From positions 3,072,001-3,136,000 of the forward strand of contig OY769902.1 of assembly GCA_963669175.1 (NCBI GenBank): 64,000 nt of DNA. The letters run 5' to 3'. Position 1 is the stretch's first letter, and each line of letters opens with the position of its first letter. The position numbers were made by a program, and so were the translations under genes. The notes below the pieces were generated by a model. It was not told the DNA's origin. It did no database searches and worked only from the letters and a program-made list of their open reading frames with translations. Origin of the DNA: a bacterium. GTDB lineage: Bacteria > Electryoneota > Electryoneia > Electryoneales > Electryoneaceae. Positions 28,592 through 38,090 of this stretch are shown here, one piece after another.

Positions 28592-28987
28592 CTGTCTCTT
28601 GCTCACATCTTCGTGTTTCTGCCACCCCAGAGGGGGTGGTATATTTTAGCGTAGGGTTGACGCTGTCTGTTTAGCGTCTACCCTACGAAAAAGATCAAAC
28701 CTTATCTCAACCCTGGAAGGGTTGCATAACGTATAATTTACACCCAATTGGTTTGTATAGAATATAAAATGCGTTATTTCCTGTATTTATTGAACGTACT
28801 AATATGAATCGCGTATTATGCAACCCTTCCAGGGTTGATTATTCGTTAGAATACCTGACATAGTGTACAGGCCAAACAGACGGCCTGTACACTATGCTAA
28901 AATAGGGAATCCCGCCGGGATTCTAAAAATGCTATGTCCACAACTCTTTTACTGATACAGCTTTCAGAAGATGTGGGTAAGAGACAG
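28592..28987. mobile_element. Non-autonomous MITE with IS50/Tn5-like ends
   Basis: Ends CTGTCTCTTGCTCACATCTTC and GAAGATGTGGGTAAGAGACAG; direct repeat TGTATTAGCC at 28582-28591 and 28988-28997. Confidence 0.85.
28621..28923. repeat. Six-hairpin REP-like element inside the MITE
   Basis: Perfect 23-bp IR 28707-28729/28816-28838; 15-bp stem with AAACAGAC loop at 28859-28896. Confidence 0.8.
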
Positions 28988-29461
28988 TGTATTAGCCCCG
29001 GGCAGTCGCCGTCTGTTTGGCGACTACCCGGGGAGATGATTCCCACCATATATTTACTCCGGTAGGAGTAACCTAAGTATTATTAAGGGACTACATCGCG
29101 AATGTTTAGGCAACCCGCTGCCGGGGTTGGCAAGGAGAGCGCATCTTCTCCCACCGTGAGCGCCAAACAGACGGCGCTGGACGGTGGGCTAATTCAGGGA
29201 ACCATTGCCGTGGTTCTTGTGCTGGCCATTGCATCAAGTATCACTTGAGTGAGGGAGCTTGGCCCGACTGCGTGCAGTCGGGTTCCTGAACGGCCAGTAT
29301 ATCCAGTATCCCGACAGCAAGCAGTCGGGCCAAACGATCTCTTCGTGAAATTTGATCCTGTACACCAAAAATAGTCCGAAAATAATGTTGTTCGGCTTTC
29401 GGATTTTGTCTCACATCAGTATCCTTCCATTTGAATCCTCGCTGACATTGTAGTAACATGT

Positions 29462-30856
29462 ATGCTCCTGTATCTACAGGTGATGATTGTGCAATCCGCA
29501 AAACAAACAGCATTTTATGGCATGAACACAGTAGACGACAGACAACTTTCAACCAGGTGGCGGATGTTCGCGCTTATCTGGAGCAGTGCGTTCGCTTTCA
29601 GCCTGCATACGGGAATATTCCTGCCTCAGCTATTTGCTGCGATTGGCTTCGGGACAGTCCTCGTTGGCCTGATCGCGAAAAAACTCAGTATGCCGGCACG
29701 TCACCCAGTCTGGCTGGTGCTTGCCGGGGCGGTTTTGATCCAGGTTCTGTCTGCATTATTCAGCGGAGATGCCGGGCATTCATTATCTACAGTCGGCAGA
29801 TATTATGCGTTGCCAATAATCGGCGCTTTCAACCTGCTTGTATTATTACGGGACCAGAAATCCATCAATGTTACCGCGACAGCTTTTCTGATCGGGGCTG
29901 CGTTTGGTGGCGCTGTCGGGTTGTTCCAGATATTCGCCGGATTCGATCCGATCTATGGTCAGCATATCACCGGGCCGGACCCAGCGGTTACCTGGATTGA
30001 CATGTACGTCCCACGTGGTCTGCTGAACATGCCGCTGACCTATGCCGGGGTGCAGATGATGGCGGTTGTGTTCTGTCTTCCCTGGTTGATCAAGTATCGT
30101 GGCAAACGGAAAGCCTGGCTGTGGGCGCTGTATGTGGTTGTTGTGTTGTCGCTGCTGTTGGCCGGAAAACGCAGTCCCTGGCTGGGTGGAATGGCCGGTG
30201 TGGGCATGTACTTCCTGACACGCGGTCGCAAGGTTGCTATTATCATGATCCTTGCAGCAATCCTTGGTGGTTCCGGATTGTATGTGATTTCTTCCGGTTT
30301 TCGTGCGCGAGTGCTCAATACGGTACAGCTTCGCACGAACAGCGAGAGCGACCGTATTTATCTCTGGCAGTCGGCGCTGAAAATGATGGGCGATCATCCT
30401 GTGCTGGGTGTGGGGCCGGGGATGTGGCCACGCTATATCGACCAATACCTTCCGGAGAAAGATTATTCGAAATGGATTGTGCGCGTCAATCATGAGACCG
30501 GTGAAATTGAATGCAAAGCCTGGTACAGTAAAGCTCATGCGCACAGTGATCCCATCATGTTGCTCGCCACTACGGGTATCCTTGGACTGTTATCCATCGC
30601 TTCCATTGTATTCCTGTTGTTGGAGGTTGGCGTGCTGGAATTGAGACTAGTGATGTTGACCGACATGAAACGGATATACATGGGAAGTCTGCTGGTCCTG
30701 GTTTCCTTCATGGCAGCATCTTCAATACAGTGTTATCTGTCTGATGGGGAAGACGCGCTGACCCTGTTATTTCTGCTGGGGCTGGGGCTATCGGGACGGC
30801 AGCTTATGATTATTGAGAAAGTAAAGGATACCGCTCTGGATACCAAAGAGGTTTGA
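29462..30856 (+). CDS. O-antigen ligase/polymerase family protein (start uncertain)
   Basis: Multi-TM; SRxxW-like KRSPW, R..LW..AL.M..DHP.LGVG.G, HAHS. Confidence 0.85.
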   Translation: MLLYLQVMIVQSAKQTAFYGMNTVDDRQLSTRWRMFALIWSSAFAFSLHTGIFLPQLFAAIGFGTVLVGLIAKKLSMPARHPVWLVLAGAVLIQVLSALFSGDAGHSLSTVGRYYALPIIGAFNLLVLLRDQKSINVTATAFLIGAAFGGAVGLFQIFAGFDPIYGQHITGPDPAVTWIDMYVPRGLLNMPLTYAGVQMMAVVFCLPWLIKYRGKRKAWLWALYVVVVLSLLLAGKRSPWLGGMAGVGMYFLTRGRKVAIIMILAAILGGSGLYVISSGFRARVLNTVQLRTNSESDRIYLWQSALKMMGDHPVLGVGPGMWPRYIDQYLPEKDYSKWIVRVNHETGEIECKAWYSKAHAHSDPIMLLATTGILGLLSIASIVFLLLEVGVLELRLVMLTDMKRIYMGSLLVLVSFMAASSIQCYLSDGEDALTLLFLLGLGLSGRQLMIIEKVKDTALDTKEV

Positions 30857-30948
30857 TCCTTTGAACGTATAAATGTGGCTATTCATATAATAAACCGTTA
30901 TTCTATAAGGCAATGAAAGATTCACAGTGTGGTCGGAAGAAGAGATGT

Positions 30949-31138
30949 GGAAAAAGGGGACTGCCTCCTTTCCCTGAAATGAAGCTTTCCCGTTGTGAGA
31001 TAGATTGGGAAAGGTGGCTGTACCCTTTTTCAGGCGAGTGGGCAGGAATTAGAAGGAAAAGGGTACAGCTTCCTTTTCCACAAGTTCTGTGAGAATGTTC
31101 CGTGTTAGCGCGAGGAAAAGGATTCCGTCCCCTTTTCC
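30949..31138. repeat. Four ~25-bp GGAAAAGGG..CCTTTTCC units in two inverted pairs
   Basis: 30949-30974/31007-31031 and 31055-31079/31114-31138. Confidence 0.75.
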
Positions 31139-31264
31139 CGGTAATCTCATTATAGCGAAAGAGAATCGAGAACAGTTATACCAGTTGTTTCGCCTCCGGT
31201 ATTGTTGATTTCCCTTCCTGATTGCGTACATTGCCACATCTCGGCAAGAACTCAGGGGATTTAC

Positions 31265-32275
31265 GTGTCGCATACGGTTATTATTCATGAACGAAAAGGC
31301 GGGTACTCAGATCGCTGGATCGAGTATTGCCGTGAGAATGAAATCGCTTACAAGGCAATAAATGCGCTGAAGCCGGGCATCATGCGAGAGCTGCAAGACG
31401 GAACTCATTTTTTGTGGCATTTGAATCACCGCGAAACCCGTGAGCTGCTGGTTGGGCCTTCCATTCTTTCCGCAGCGGAAAGAATGGGGATCAGGACGTT
31501 TCCAGATCCCAATACGCGCCTGCCGTTCGAAGACAAAGTCGCCCAGAAGTACCTGTTCGAAGCGCTGGATCTTCCCCTGGTTCCTACGGAAGTGTTTTTA
31601 AGAAAAGACGATGCGTTGCTCTGGGCGGAACGAGTCTCCTGGCCAAAGGTTTTCAAACTCAGGCGTGGTGCTGGATCTCACAATGTGAAAATGATCCATG
31701 ACCGAACAGAAGCGATCAAACTGATAGAACAGGCGTTCAGTACCGGATTCAATCCGGTTGAGAAACCGCTTGGAGATGCACGGGTTAAAGCGAACAAGTT
31801 CAAAAAGAATCCGGTTGAGTTTGTCAAGAAGGTGCCGGGCGGGTTGAGGAAGATCTACAAGCAACGTCAGCTTGGTGTGGTTGAACGTGGCTACTTCTAC
31901 ATCCAGGAATTCATGCCGGACAATGATCATGATACCCGTGTGACCGTGATCGGGAACAGGGTATTTGCATTTCGCAGGCATGTGCGACCGGGTGATTGGC
32001 GGGCTTCCGGCGGTGGCAAGCTGGACTATGACTTGTCACAACTGGATATGAAATGTGTTGAGATGGCGCGTGATGCTGCCTTGAAATTGAAAATGCAGAG
32101 TGTGGCGTTTGATGTTGTCTATAATGCGGATCGAGAACCTCGGATTGTTGAGATTTCCTGCGTATTTGACGGGCCTGCTATTCGTAATTGTGTCGGTCAT
32201 TGGGATCTGGAACTGAACTGGCATGATGACCAGGTCTGGCCGCAAGATGCAATACTGGCTGATTTGCTTGAGTAG
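31265..32275 (+). CDS. ATP-grasp (RimK-like) ligase
   Basis: EDKVAQKY, P.VFKLRRGAGS.NV, YIQEF.P..D.RV, DWRASGGG. Confidence 0.8.
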   Translation: MSHTVIIHERKGGYSDRWIEYCRENEIAYKAINALKPGIMRELQDGTHFLWHLNHRETRELLVGPSILSAAERMGIRTFPDPNTRLPFEDKVAQKYLFEALDLPLVPTEVFLRKDDALLWAERVSWPKVFKLRRGAGSHNVKMIHDRTEAIKLIEQAFSTGFNPVEKPLGDARVKANKFKKNPVEFVKKVPGGLRKIYKQRQLGVVERGYFYIQEFMPDNDHDTRVTVIGNRVFAFRRHVRPGDWRASGGGKLDYDLSQLDMKCVEMARDAALKLKMQSVAFDVVYNADREPRIVEISCVFDGPAIRNCVGHWDLELNWHDDQVWPQDAILADLLE

Positions 32276-32296
32276 CCCGTCCATGCCTGGACGGGG
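32272..32296 (+). repeat. GTAG-type REP
   Basis: GTAG CCCGTCCA tgcc TGGACGGG; overlaps the upstream stop codon. Confidence 0.7.
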
Positions 32297-32370
32297 ATGC
32301 TGCTATTGTGAATCATACTGTTTGTGAAACAGGTTTGAGGTATTGTCGCTCGAGATCCCCGTTCAAGCCG

Positions 32371-32541
32371 GGGATGACATGTGTGGCCGGGGATGACATG
32401 TTGTAAGGGATGACATGTGTGGCCGGGGATGACATGTTGTAAGAGATGACATGTGTGGCCGGGGATGACATGTTGTAAGAGATGACATGTGTGGCCGGGG
32501 ATGACATGTTGTAAGGGATGACATGTTGTAAGGGATGACAT
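32371..32541 (+). repeat. Higher-order tandem repeat: ten GATGACAT cores at 19/17-nt spacing
   Basis: Cores at 32373, 32392, 32409, 32428, 32445, 32464, 32481, 32500, 32517, 32534. Confidence 0.95.
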
Positions 32542-32543
32542 AT

Positions 32544-32568
32544 GTAGCCTGTCCATGACTGGACGGGG
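32544..32568 (+). repeat. GTAG-type REP
   Basis: GTAG CCTGTCCA tgac TGGACGGG; direct repeat of 32272. Confidence 0.7.
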
Positions 32569-32612
32569 ATTGCTGAAAACATGCTGTAACATCAACGTAA
32601 GAAAAAACATAC

Positions 32613-34103
32613 ATGCGTATTCTTCGTCATAGCGGTATTTACTTCCTCGCGCGAGTGATTCCCGGGGTATTGAGTATCGCATCACTGTCCATTTTTACCC
32701 GGTTGCTGGACAAGACCGAGTATGGGACATTTGTGCTGGTGATGGCAGGTGCGGATCTGCTGGATTCGTTCCTGATGCAATGGCTGACGTGGACGCTTGT
32801 ACGTTATGCGGCGAAGTATGATGGCAAGAAGAATGTTTTCTATTCGACTATCCTGGCGGCGTTTGCCGTCATCCTGATTCCTGCGGGCCTGGTAGCAGTT
32901 GGCGCTTGTTTCTTCTGGAAAGCCACGATCCCGATCCCGCTAATCCTGATTGGTTTTGTCTATTTCATTCTGAATGGCTGGTTTGAGCTGAATCTTCAGA
33001 GACGCCGTGCCGATCTGTCGCCGGTGCGGTTTGGAATTCTGGATGCCCTTCGTTCATTGCTTTCTGTTGGACTTGCGACCGTTTTCGCGATGATGGATAT
33101 GGGCGCGTATGGTCTGGTGCTCGGGTATGCACTCGGCCGTCTGATTCCAACCCTGGTCCTGCGTCTTGGCATTTGGAAAGGTTCACTTCCCTGGCAATAT
33201 GATCGAGCCTTGCTGAAAAAGCTGTTCATTTTTGGCTTGCCGCTTGGGGTTAGTGTCGCGTTGGGGTTCACGGTAAACTTCATCGACCGTCTTTTCTTGG
33301 GGTGGTTACGTGGTCCGGAAGTAGCGGGTATGTTCGGTGCGGGATATGATCTTACCTACCGTTTCTTACTGGCGGTCACGACAGTCATCAACCTCGCAGG
33401 CTATCCGTTAATCGTAAAAGCCCTTGAATCCGGTGGTGTCTCTGCGGCACGTGAGCAGCTCAAACAGCATTTCGCGCTGTTGTTCGGCCTGACCGGGGCC
33501 GGAAGCCTTTTCTTCATCATCATGGCCCATGAAATGGCAAACCTGATGCTGGGGCAGGCATTCCGATTGTCCGGAGAGATGGTGATTCCCTGGGTGGCGC
33601 TTGGATTCTTTTTCTCCAGTTTGAGAGGGTTCTATTACAACTACGCTTTCCAGCTTGGTGAACGCACCATGCTGCAGGTATGGGTCGGGATTGTTCCGGC
33701 GGTACTCGATATAGGCTTGAACCTCATCCTGATACCGAAATATGAAATGCAGGGCGCGATTATTGCTTCACTGATATCCTTTGCCGTTGCACTGGTGCTG
33801 AGTATTATCATCGGAAGAAAGGCGTTCCCGATGCCTTTCCCGATGAAAGAGACTCTGAAGATGGCTGTGGTTATACTCGGCTGGTCCTTTGTTTTATTGG
33901 GCACACGTGGTCTCGGACCGGCTATGGGAGTCTGGCTGGAGCAGGATGGAGGTATCGGGGCCAAGATGGCGTTGGCGGCTGGTGTGGGGATTCGTTCAGT
34001 AGTTGCGGTCATTGTTGCTTCCATCGTGGCAATCGCTATCAATACACTGGATATTCGCAACATACTTAGAAGAAAACTGGGCAAGCGAGAAGGCATGGCT
34101 TGA
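32613..34103 (+). CDS. Oligosaccharide flippase (Wzx-like)
   Basis: Many TM helices, TRLL...EYG, FG.PL, DR..LG...G...AG. Confidence 0.85.
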   Translation: MRILRHSGIYFLARVIPGVLSIASLSIFTRLLDKTEYGTFVLVMAGADLLDSFLMQWLTWTLVRYAAKYDGKKNVFYSTILAAFAVILIPAGLVAVGACFFWKATIPIPLILIGFVYFILNGWFELNLQRRRADLSPVRFGILDALRSLLSVGLATVFAMMDMGAYGLVLGYALGRLIPTLVLRLGIWKGSLPWQYDRALLKKLFIFGLPLGVSVALGFTVNFIDRLFLGWLRGPEVAGMFGAGYDLTYRFLLAVTTVINLAGYPLIVKALESGGVSAAREQLKQHFALLFGLTGAGSLFFIIMAHEMANLMLGQAFRLSGEMVIPWVALGFFFSSLRGFYYNYAFQLGERTMLQVWVGIVPAVLDIGLNLILIPKYEMQGAIIASLISFAVALVLSIIIGRKAFPMPFPMKETLKMAVVILGWSFVLLGTRGLGPAMGVWLEQDGGIGAKMALAAGVGIRSVVAVIVASIVAIAINTLDIRNILRRKLGKREGMA

Positions 34104-34104
34104 G

Positions 34105-35340
34105 ATGAAGGATGAACATCCCAGAGCACGAATCTGTTTCCTGATCAGCGGGCTGGCACGAGGCGGCGCGGAGACGCAACTGGTGCGTCTGACCTCGGCG
34201 CTGAGTCAGCGTGGATGGAAGGTCTGCCTGATTTCAATGCTTCCAGTTCCCCGTGGGATGTTTCGTGAACAATTACAGAAGAACAATGTTCTGGTGAAAA
34301 GCCTGAATGGGCGCAGAAAATCATTCAATCCCCGTCTTTTCTTCACATTGGTTCGCTTGCTTGCCCGGTTGCGTCCTCATGTACTGATCGGCTTCATGTT
34401 CCATGCGAACATCGCCAGCCGTGTCTTGGGGAGAATTGCGCGTATTCCGGTGATATTGTCATCTGTTCGTGGCGAGCAGTTTGCAACATCTCCTCTGGAT
34501 GGCAACAAAGCAAGGGTAAATGTTCGCGAGAAGCTACTGAAATGGACTGACTTTCTGTGTGACAGTACTGTTACAGTGTCACGTGCCCAGTACAATGACA
34601 TGCAGAAGGCGAATCTTGTTCCCGGCAATAGGATGTGTGTGATTCCTTCCGGCGTGGATACAACACTTTATACGCCTGACATGAGAACCGGTAAAACGTA
34701 TCGAGCACAGACTGGCTTTGATGCAGACCTCTTTGTCTGGCTATGTGTCGGCAGGTTTGAACCGGTAAAGGGGACTGATGTCCTGTTAAAGGCATTCAAG
34801 GAACATCATCGTGCGAACCAACATTCACGGTTAATACTGGTCGGTGATGGTCCGCTACGTGCGCAGTATGCGAGTTGGGTGAAAGCGAATGGTCTGGAGC
34901 AGGTTGTGTTGTTTACCGGACTGCGTGATGATGTCCCGGCCTGGTACCAGATGTGTGATGCAGTAGTGCTGGCGTCGCATCATGAAGGACTGCCAAATGT
35001 ACTACTTGAAGCACATGCTGCCGGGAAGCCGGTGGTATCGACCAATTCGGGATCACAAGGGGAAGTTGTACTCGAGAATGAGTCCGGTTTCCTGGTCCCG
35101 CCCGGAGTGCCTGAGGAATTGTCAGGCGCCATGAATAGAATGATTGGCTTGTCACCAGCACAACGCGCTGAAATGGGCAGCAAGGGTCGTGCGCACATCG
35201 AACGATCATTCAGTGTGCCGACACTGGTTTCACGATGGGAAGAGCTTATGAACAGACTGCTTCGAAGGAAGTGGCAGAGCTGTCCAGTAAGACCGGTAAA
35301 AGTGGTTGTTCCTCAAGCAGATGTGAGCAGACGTTCGTAA
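34105..35340 (+). CDS. Glycosyltransferase family 4
   Basis: GGAETQL, GRFEPVKG, EGLPNVLLEA. Confidence 0.9.
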   Translation: MKDEHPRARICFLISGLARGGAETQLVRLTSALSQRGWKVCLISMLPVPRGMFREQLQKNNVLVKSLNGRRKSFNPRLFFTLVRLLARLRPHVLIGFMFHANIASRVLGRIARIPVILSSVRGEQFATSPLDGNKARVNVREKLLKWTDFLCDSTVTVSRAQYNDMQKANLVPGNRMCVIPSGVDTTLYTPDMRTGKTYRAQTGFDADLFVWLCVGRFEPVKGTDVLLKAFKEHHRANQHSRLILVGDGPLRAQYASWVKANGLEQVVLFTGLRDDVPAWYQMCDAVVLASHHEGLPNVLLEAHAAGKPVVSTNSGSQGEVVLENESGFLVPPGVPEELSGAMNRMIGLSPAQRAEMGSKGRAHIERSFSVPTLVSRWEELMNRLLRRKWQSCPVRPVKVVVPQADVSRRS

Positions 35341-36455
35341 AGCTTCATATACTTGCCTCTGACATACTCCATACTGAAGTATTTTTCCGCCAATCGTCTT
35401 CCTGTTTTTCCCATCCGGACACGTTCTTCCTTGTTCTCGATCAGTCTTTGCAGGGCGTCTGCAAGGCGATTTGCGTCCTTGACCGGGACCAGAAGGCCAT
35501 TGACGCCGTCTCGCACAATTTCACGTGTCCCCGGTACATCCGTCGTTACGATAGGACGTCCTGCCGAGGCTGCTTCTAACAGAGATTTCGGCAGACCTTC
35601 ACGATAGGAGGGGAGACATACGATATGGGACCGTTTGAGAATCATGGGGATGTCGGCACGGTAGCCCATGTATTCCACATAACCCAGCGCATCCCACTGT
35701 TCAAGCGTATTTTTTGGGACTGAACTGGTATTGCCCGGATCAGGATCGCCAACCAGTTGGAAGCGCGCTTGAAGCCCACGTCCTCGAAGGATACGCGCCG
35801 CTTCAACAAACTCATCGACACCTTTATTCCACAACATTCTGCTGACCAGTGAGACAACCGGCCAACCTTCATGTTCGGGCTCGTAGTCAAAACGATTGAT
35901 ATCGACACCGGAACCACGGATCAGGCGAACCTGCTTCCTGGGAAGCACCTGTGATTTTGTGAAAAGATTGGCATCCTGAGGATTCATAAATACGGTGATC
36001 GTTCTACCCGGATTGTTGAATACTTTCATCAGAGAAAGCACAATCGTACGGAGGGTTTTCGTTTTAATTGTGTGTTCGGTAAAGAGATAACCCAGACCGC
36101 CCATTGTGTTCAATACAGCCGGAACTTTGGCAAAGCGTGCTGCGATAGTGCCATCCAGGATCGGCTTCAAGCCCACATTATGGACAATGTCAGGTTTTTC
36201 ACGCATGAGGATGCTGGCGATTTCCGCCACTGTGCGCACCTCATGGACCGGATCGGTATTGTCGCCTTCCATGTTGACTGAGGGATAAAAACGGAACCGT
36301 TCACGGGTAATCGCTTCACGGTGCCCATTATCTCGTGCAACGACCACCACTTTGGCGCCATAATCACGAGCTGCACGTGCGATATCCAGTCGGTGAGAGA
36401 GGAAGTACCAGTCGTTGTTCACGACAAAAAGGATTTTTTTACCGTAGAAGTTCAT
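35313..36455 (-). CDS. Glycosyltransferase family 4 (CapM/PglA-like)
   Basis: MNFYGKKILFVVN...FLSHR, GSGVD, SRMLWNKGV, SYREGLPKSLLEA. Confidence 0.9.
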   Translation of the reverse strand: MNFYGKKILFVVNNDWYFLSHRLDIARAARDYGAKVVVVARDNGHREAITRERFRFYPSVNMEGDNTDPVHEVRTVAEIASILMREKPDIVHNVGLKPILDGTIAARFAKVPAVLNTMGGLGYLFTEHTIKTKTLRTIVLSLMKVFNNPGRTITVFMNPQDANLFTKSQVLPRKQVRLIRGSGVDINRFDYEPEHEGWPVVSLVSRMLWNKGVDEFVEAARILRGRGLQARFQLVGDPDPGNTSSVPKNTLEQWDALGYVEYMGYRADIPMILKRSHIVCLPSYREGLPKSLLEAASAGRPIVTTDVPGTREIVRDGVNGLLVPVKDANRLADALQRLIENKEERVRMGKTGRRLAEKYFSMEYVRGKYMKLYERLLTSA

Positions 36456-36611
36456 CCGTATCCATCCAGCTATGGTGCGACGTTTAACAGCGCCAAGGTA
36501 AATAGAATGTTCACAGGGGACAACCCCGGAATACAGGGGGACAGGGCCACAAAGCTGTTGCATAAGCATAGCGCCTATCCTACCTTCGGGCAACCAAAAC
36601 AAAGCGGACTC

Positions 36612-37226
36612 ATGCAGCCTTTCATCGTACCGAAGTGGAAACGTATTCTTGATCTGACTATTTCCGGTGTTGGCATCATAGCTCTTGCACCAGTCATGCT
36701 CACCATTGCCGCTTTCATCCGTTTCAGTGGAATCCGTGATATCATTTACCGTCAGCAACGTCTCGGTATCGGAATGGAGCCATTCCAGATGTATAAGTTC
36801 CGTTCCATGACCAACGAACGTGATGATGAGGGCAATCTTCTTCCCGATGATCAGCGATTGACACGTATCGGTCAATGGATTCGACGGTGGAGCCTGGATG
36901 AACTGCCGCAGTTGTTCAATGTGTGGGAAGGCACGATGAGTCTGGTCGGACCACGTCCGCAACTGGCGCGTTACACACGTGACATTGATGTCTGCGGGGT
37001 ACGCCGTTTTGAGACGCTTCCCGGGATAACCGGCTGGGCACAGATCAATGGCCGCAATGCGCTTTCCTGGCAGAAGAAGTTCGAACACGATGTCTGGTAT
37101 GTAAGTCATCGCTCTTTCACGCTTGATCTGCTGATTCTGTTCAAGACATTTCTGACCATCATTGATCGTGCGGGTATCGAAAAACAGGAAGAGGATGAGC
37201 CACCCCCGGAACCGATGAAGGAATAG
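36612..37226 (+). CDS. Sugar (phosphoglycosyl) transferase, PglC-like
   Basis: [42 protein letters not shown]. Confidence 0.92.
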   Translation: MQPFIVPKWKRILDLTISGVGIIALAPVMLTIAAFIRFSGIRDIIYRQQRLGIGMEPFQMYKFRSMTNERDDEGNLLPDDQRLTRIGQWIRRWSLDELPQLFNVWEGTMSLVGPRPQLARYTRDIDVCGVRRFETLPGITGWAQINGRNALSWQKKFEHDVWYVSHRSFTLDLLILFKTFLTIIDRAGIEKQEEDEPPPEPMKE

Positions 37227-37283
37227 CTGCTGGTTCACAATACGTCTGCGAGAGCAGGTTCACATCTCATGAGTAGCCCGGCT

Positions 37284-37434
37284 GAGTGGTCCGATCCGCA
37301 AGAAATACAGCTTCCACTTTTGTTTCAGCAGAAATACTCTCACGTCATTGCACGTACAGGCCAGTTCGCTTGAGCGCATCGGGATAGAGGTTGTTAGGTC
37401 AGGCAATGTCGCGATATTGATCTTTGTCCCGATG
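37284..37434 (+). repeat. 151-bp direct repeat, copy A (5' part of the element at 37570)
   Basis: Highly similar to 37570-37720. Confidence 0.9.
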
Positions 37435-37569
37435 GGTGGCACGATTTTGCCCCGTGATGAATCCTATGTTGCGCGATACCTGGTAGGGAAAAAGGCTTCC
37501 TCACGCATTGAATCCAGGTGGGCAAAGTCGTGATTGAGACAAGAAAGAATCCTCTATGAGTTGTATGCC

Positions 37570-37811
37570 GGGTGGCCCGATCCGCAAGAAATACAGCTTC
37601 CACTTTTGCTTCAGCAGAAATACTCTCACGTCATTTCACGTACAGGTCAGTTCTCTTGAGCGCATCGGGACAGAGGTTGTTGGGTCAGGCAATGTCGCGA
37701 TATCGATCTCATTCCCGATGCGCTCCTGGTTGCCGCATGGATAAAAGCATCCTCAGCGTATTCCTGCATCATCGATAGTGGATAACTCCTCACTTGCGGA
37801 TCGGGTCACCC
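37570..37811. repeat. 242-bp MITE/REP-like element with 19-bp terminal IR and internal 13-bp stem
   Basis: GGGTGGCCCGATCCGCAAG / CTTGCGGATCGGGTCACCC; GAGCGCATCGGGA / TCCCGATGCGCTC. Confidence 0.75.
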
Positions 37812-38036
37812 ATCTTTGTATAACACGAACACAGTCCCCCAGCCTCAGTCCCGATCCACTCATGTTTGCGTCATGGATAGAACAACATCACAATATTCCT
37901 TCAACATCAATGAGACTACCATCCTCACTTGTGCAACGGGACACCCATTCTTTGTAGAACTACTGGATATGTGAAGGGCTACTCACAAGGTGTCAAAAAT
38001 TCTGGGACAGGATAACAAAGCAAAACAACGCAAAAC

Positions 38037-38070
38037 AAAACACCCCCATCAGCGTCAGCCAATGGGGGTG
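38037..38070 (-). terminator. Terminator of the methyltransferase gene
   Basis: CACCCCCAT/ATGGGGGTG stem with T-rich tail on the minus strand. Confidence 0.65.
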
Positions 38071-38090
38071 AAGTAGTTTTCGCTAAAGGA

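Larger units (their letters stand above)
28493..29240. repeat. Six-hairpin REP-like dispersed repeat, copy 1 (interrupted by a MITE)
   Basis: Collinear with 56255-56596 once 28592-28987 and one copy of the duplication are removed. Confidence 0.85.

Noticed and set aside
28592-28610. Possible Nextera/Tn5 adapter contamination
   Set aside because: The two ends differ from the mosaic end at 2-3 internal positions and from each other, enclose genomic-type repeat sequence and have a 10-bp duplication; read check still advised
32197-32685. ORFs with HVIPGHTCH / MSSPATH repeats, and a possible CRISPR array
   Set aside because: Translations of the 36-bp tandem repeat; the inter-core segments repeat rather than being unique spacers, and no cas genes are present
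36456-37238. 261-codon N-terminal extension of the 641-aa minus-strand ORF
   Set aside because: Antisense shadow of the sugar transferase; the GT4 motifs begin at MNFYGKK (36455)
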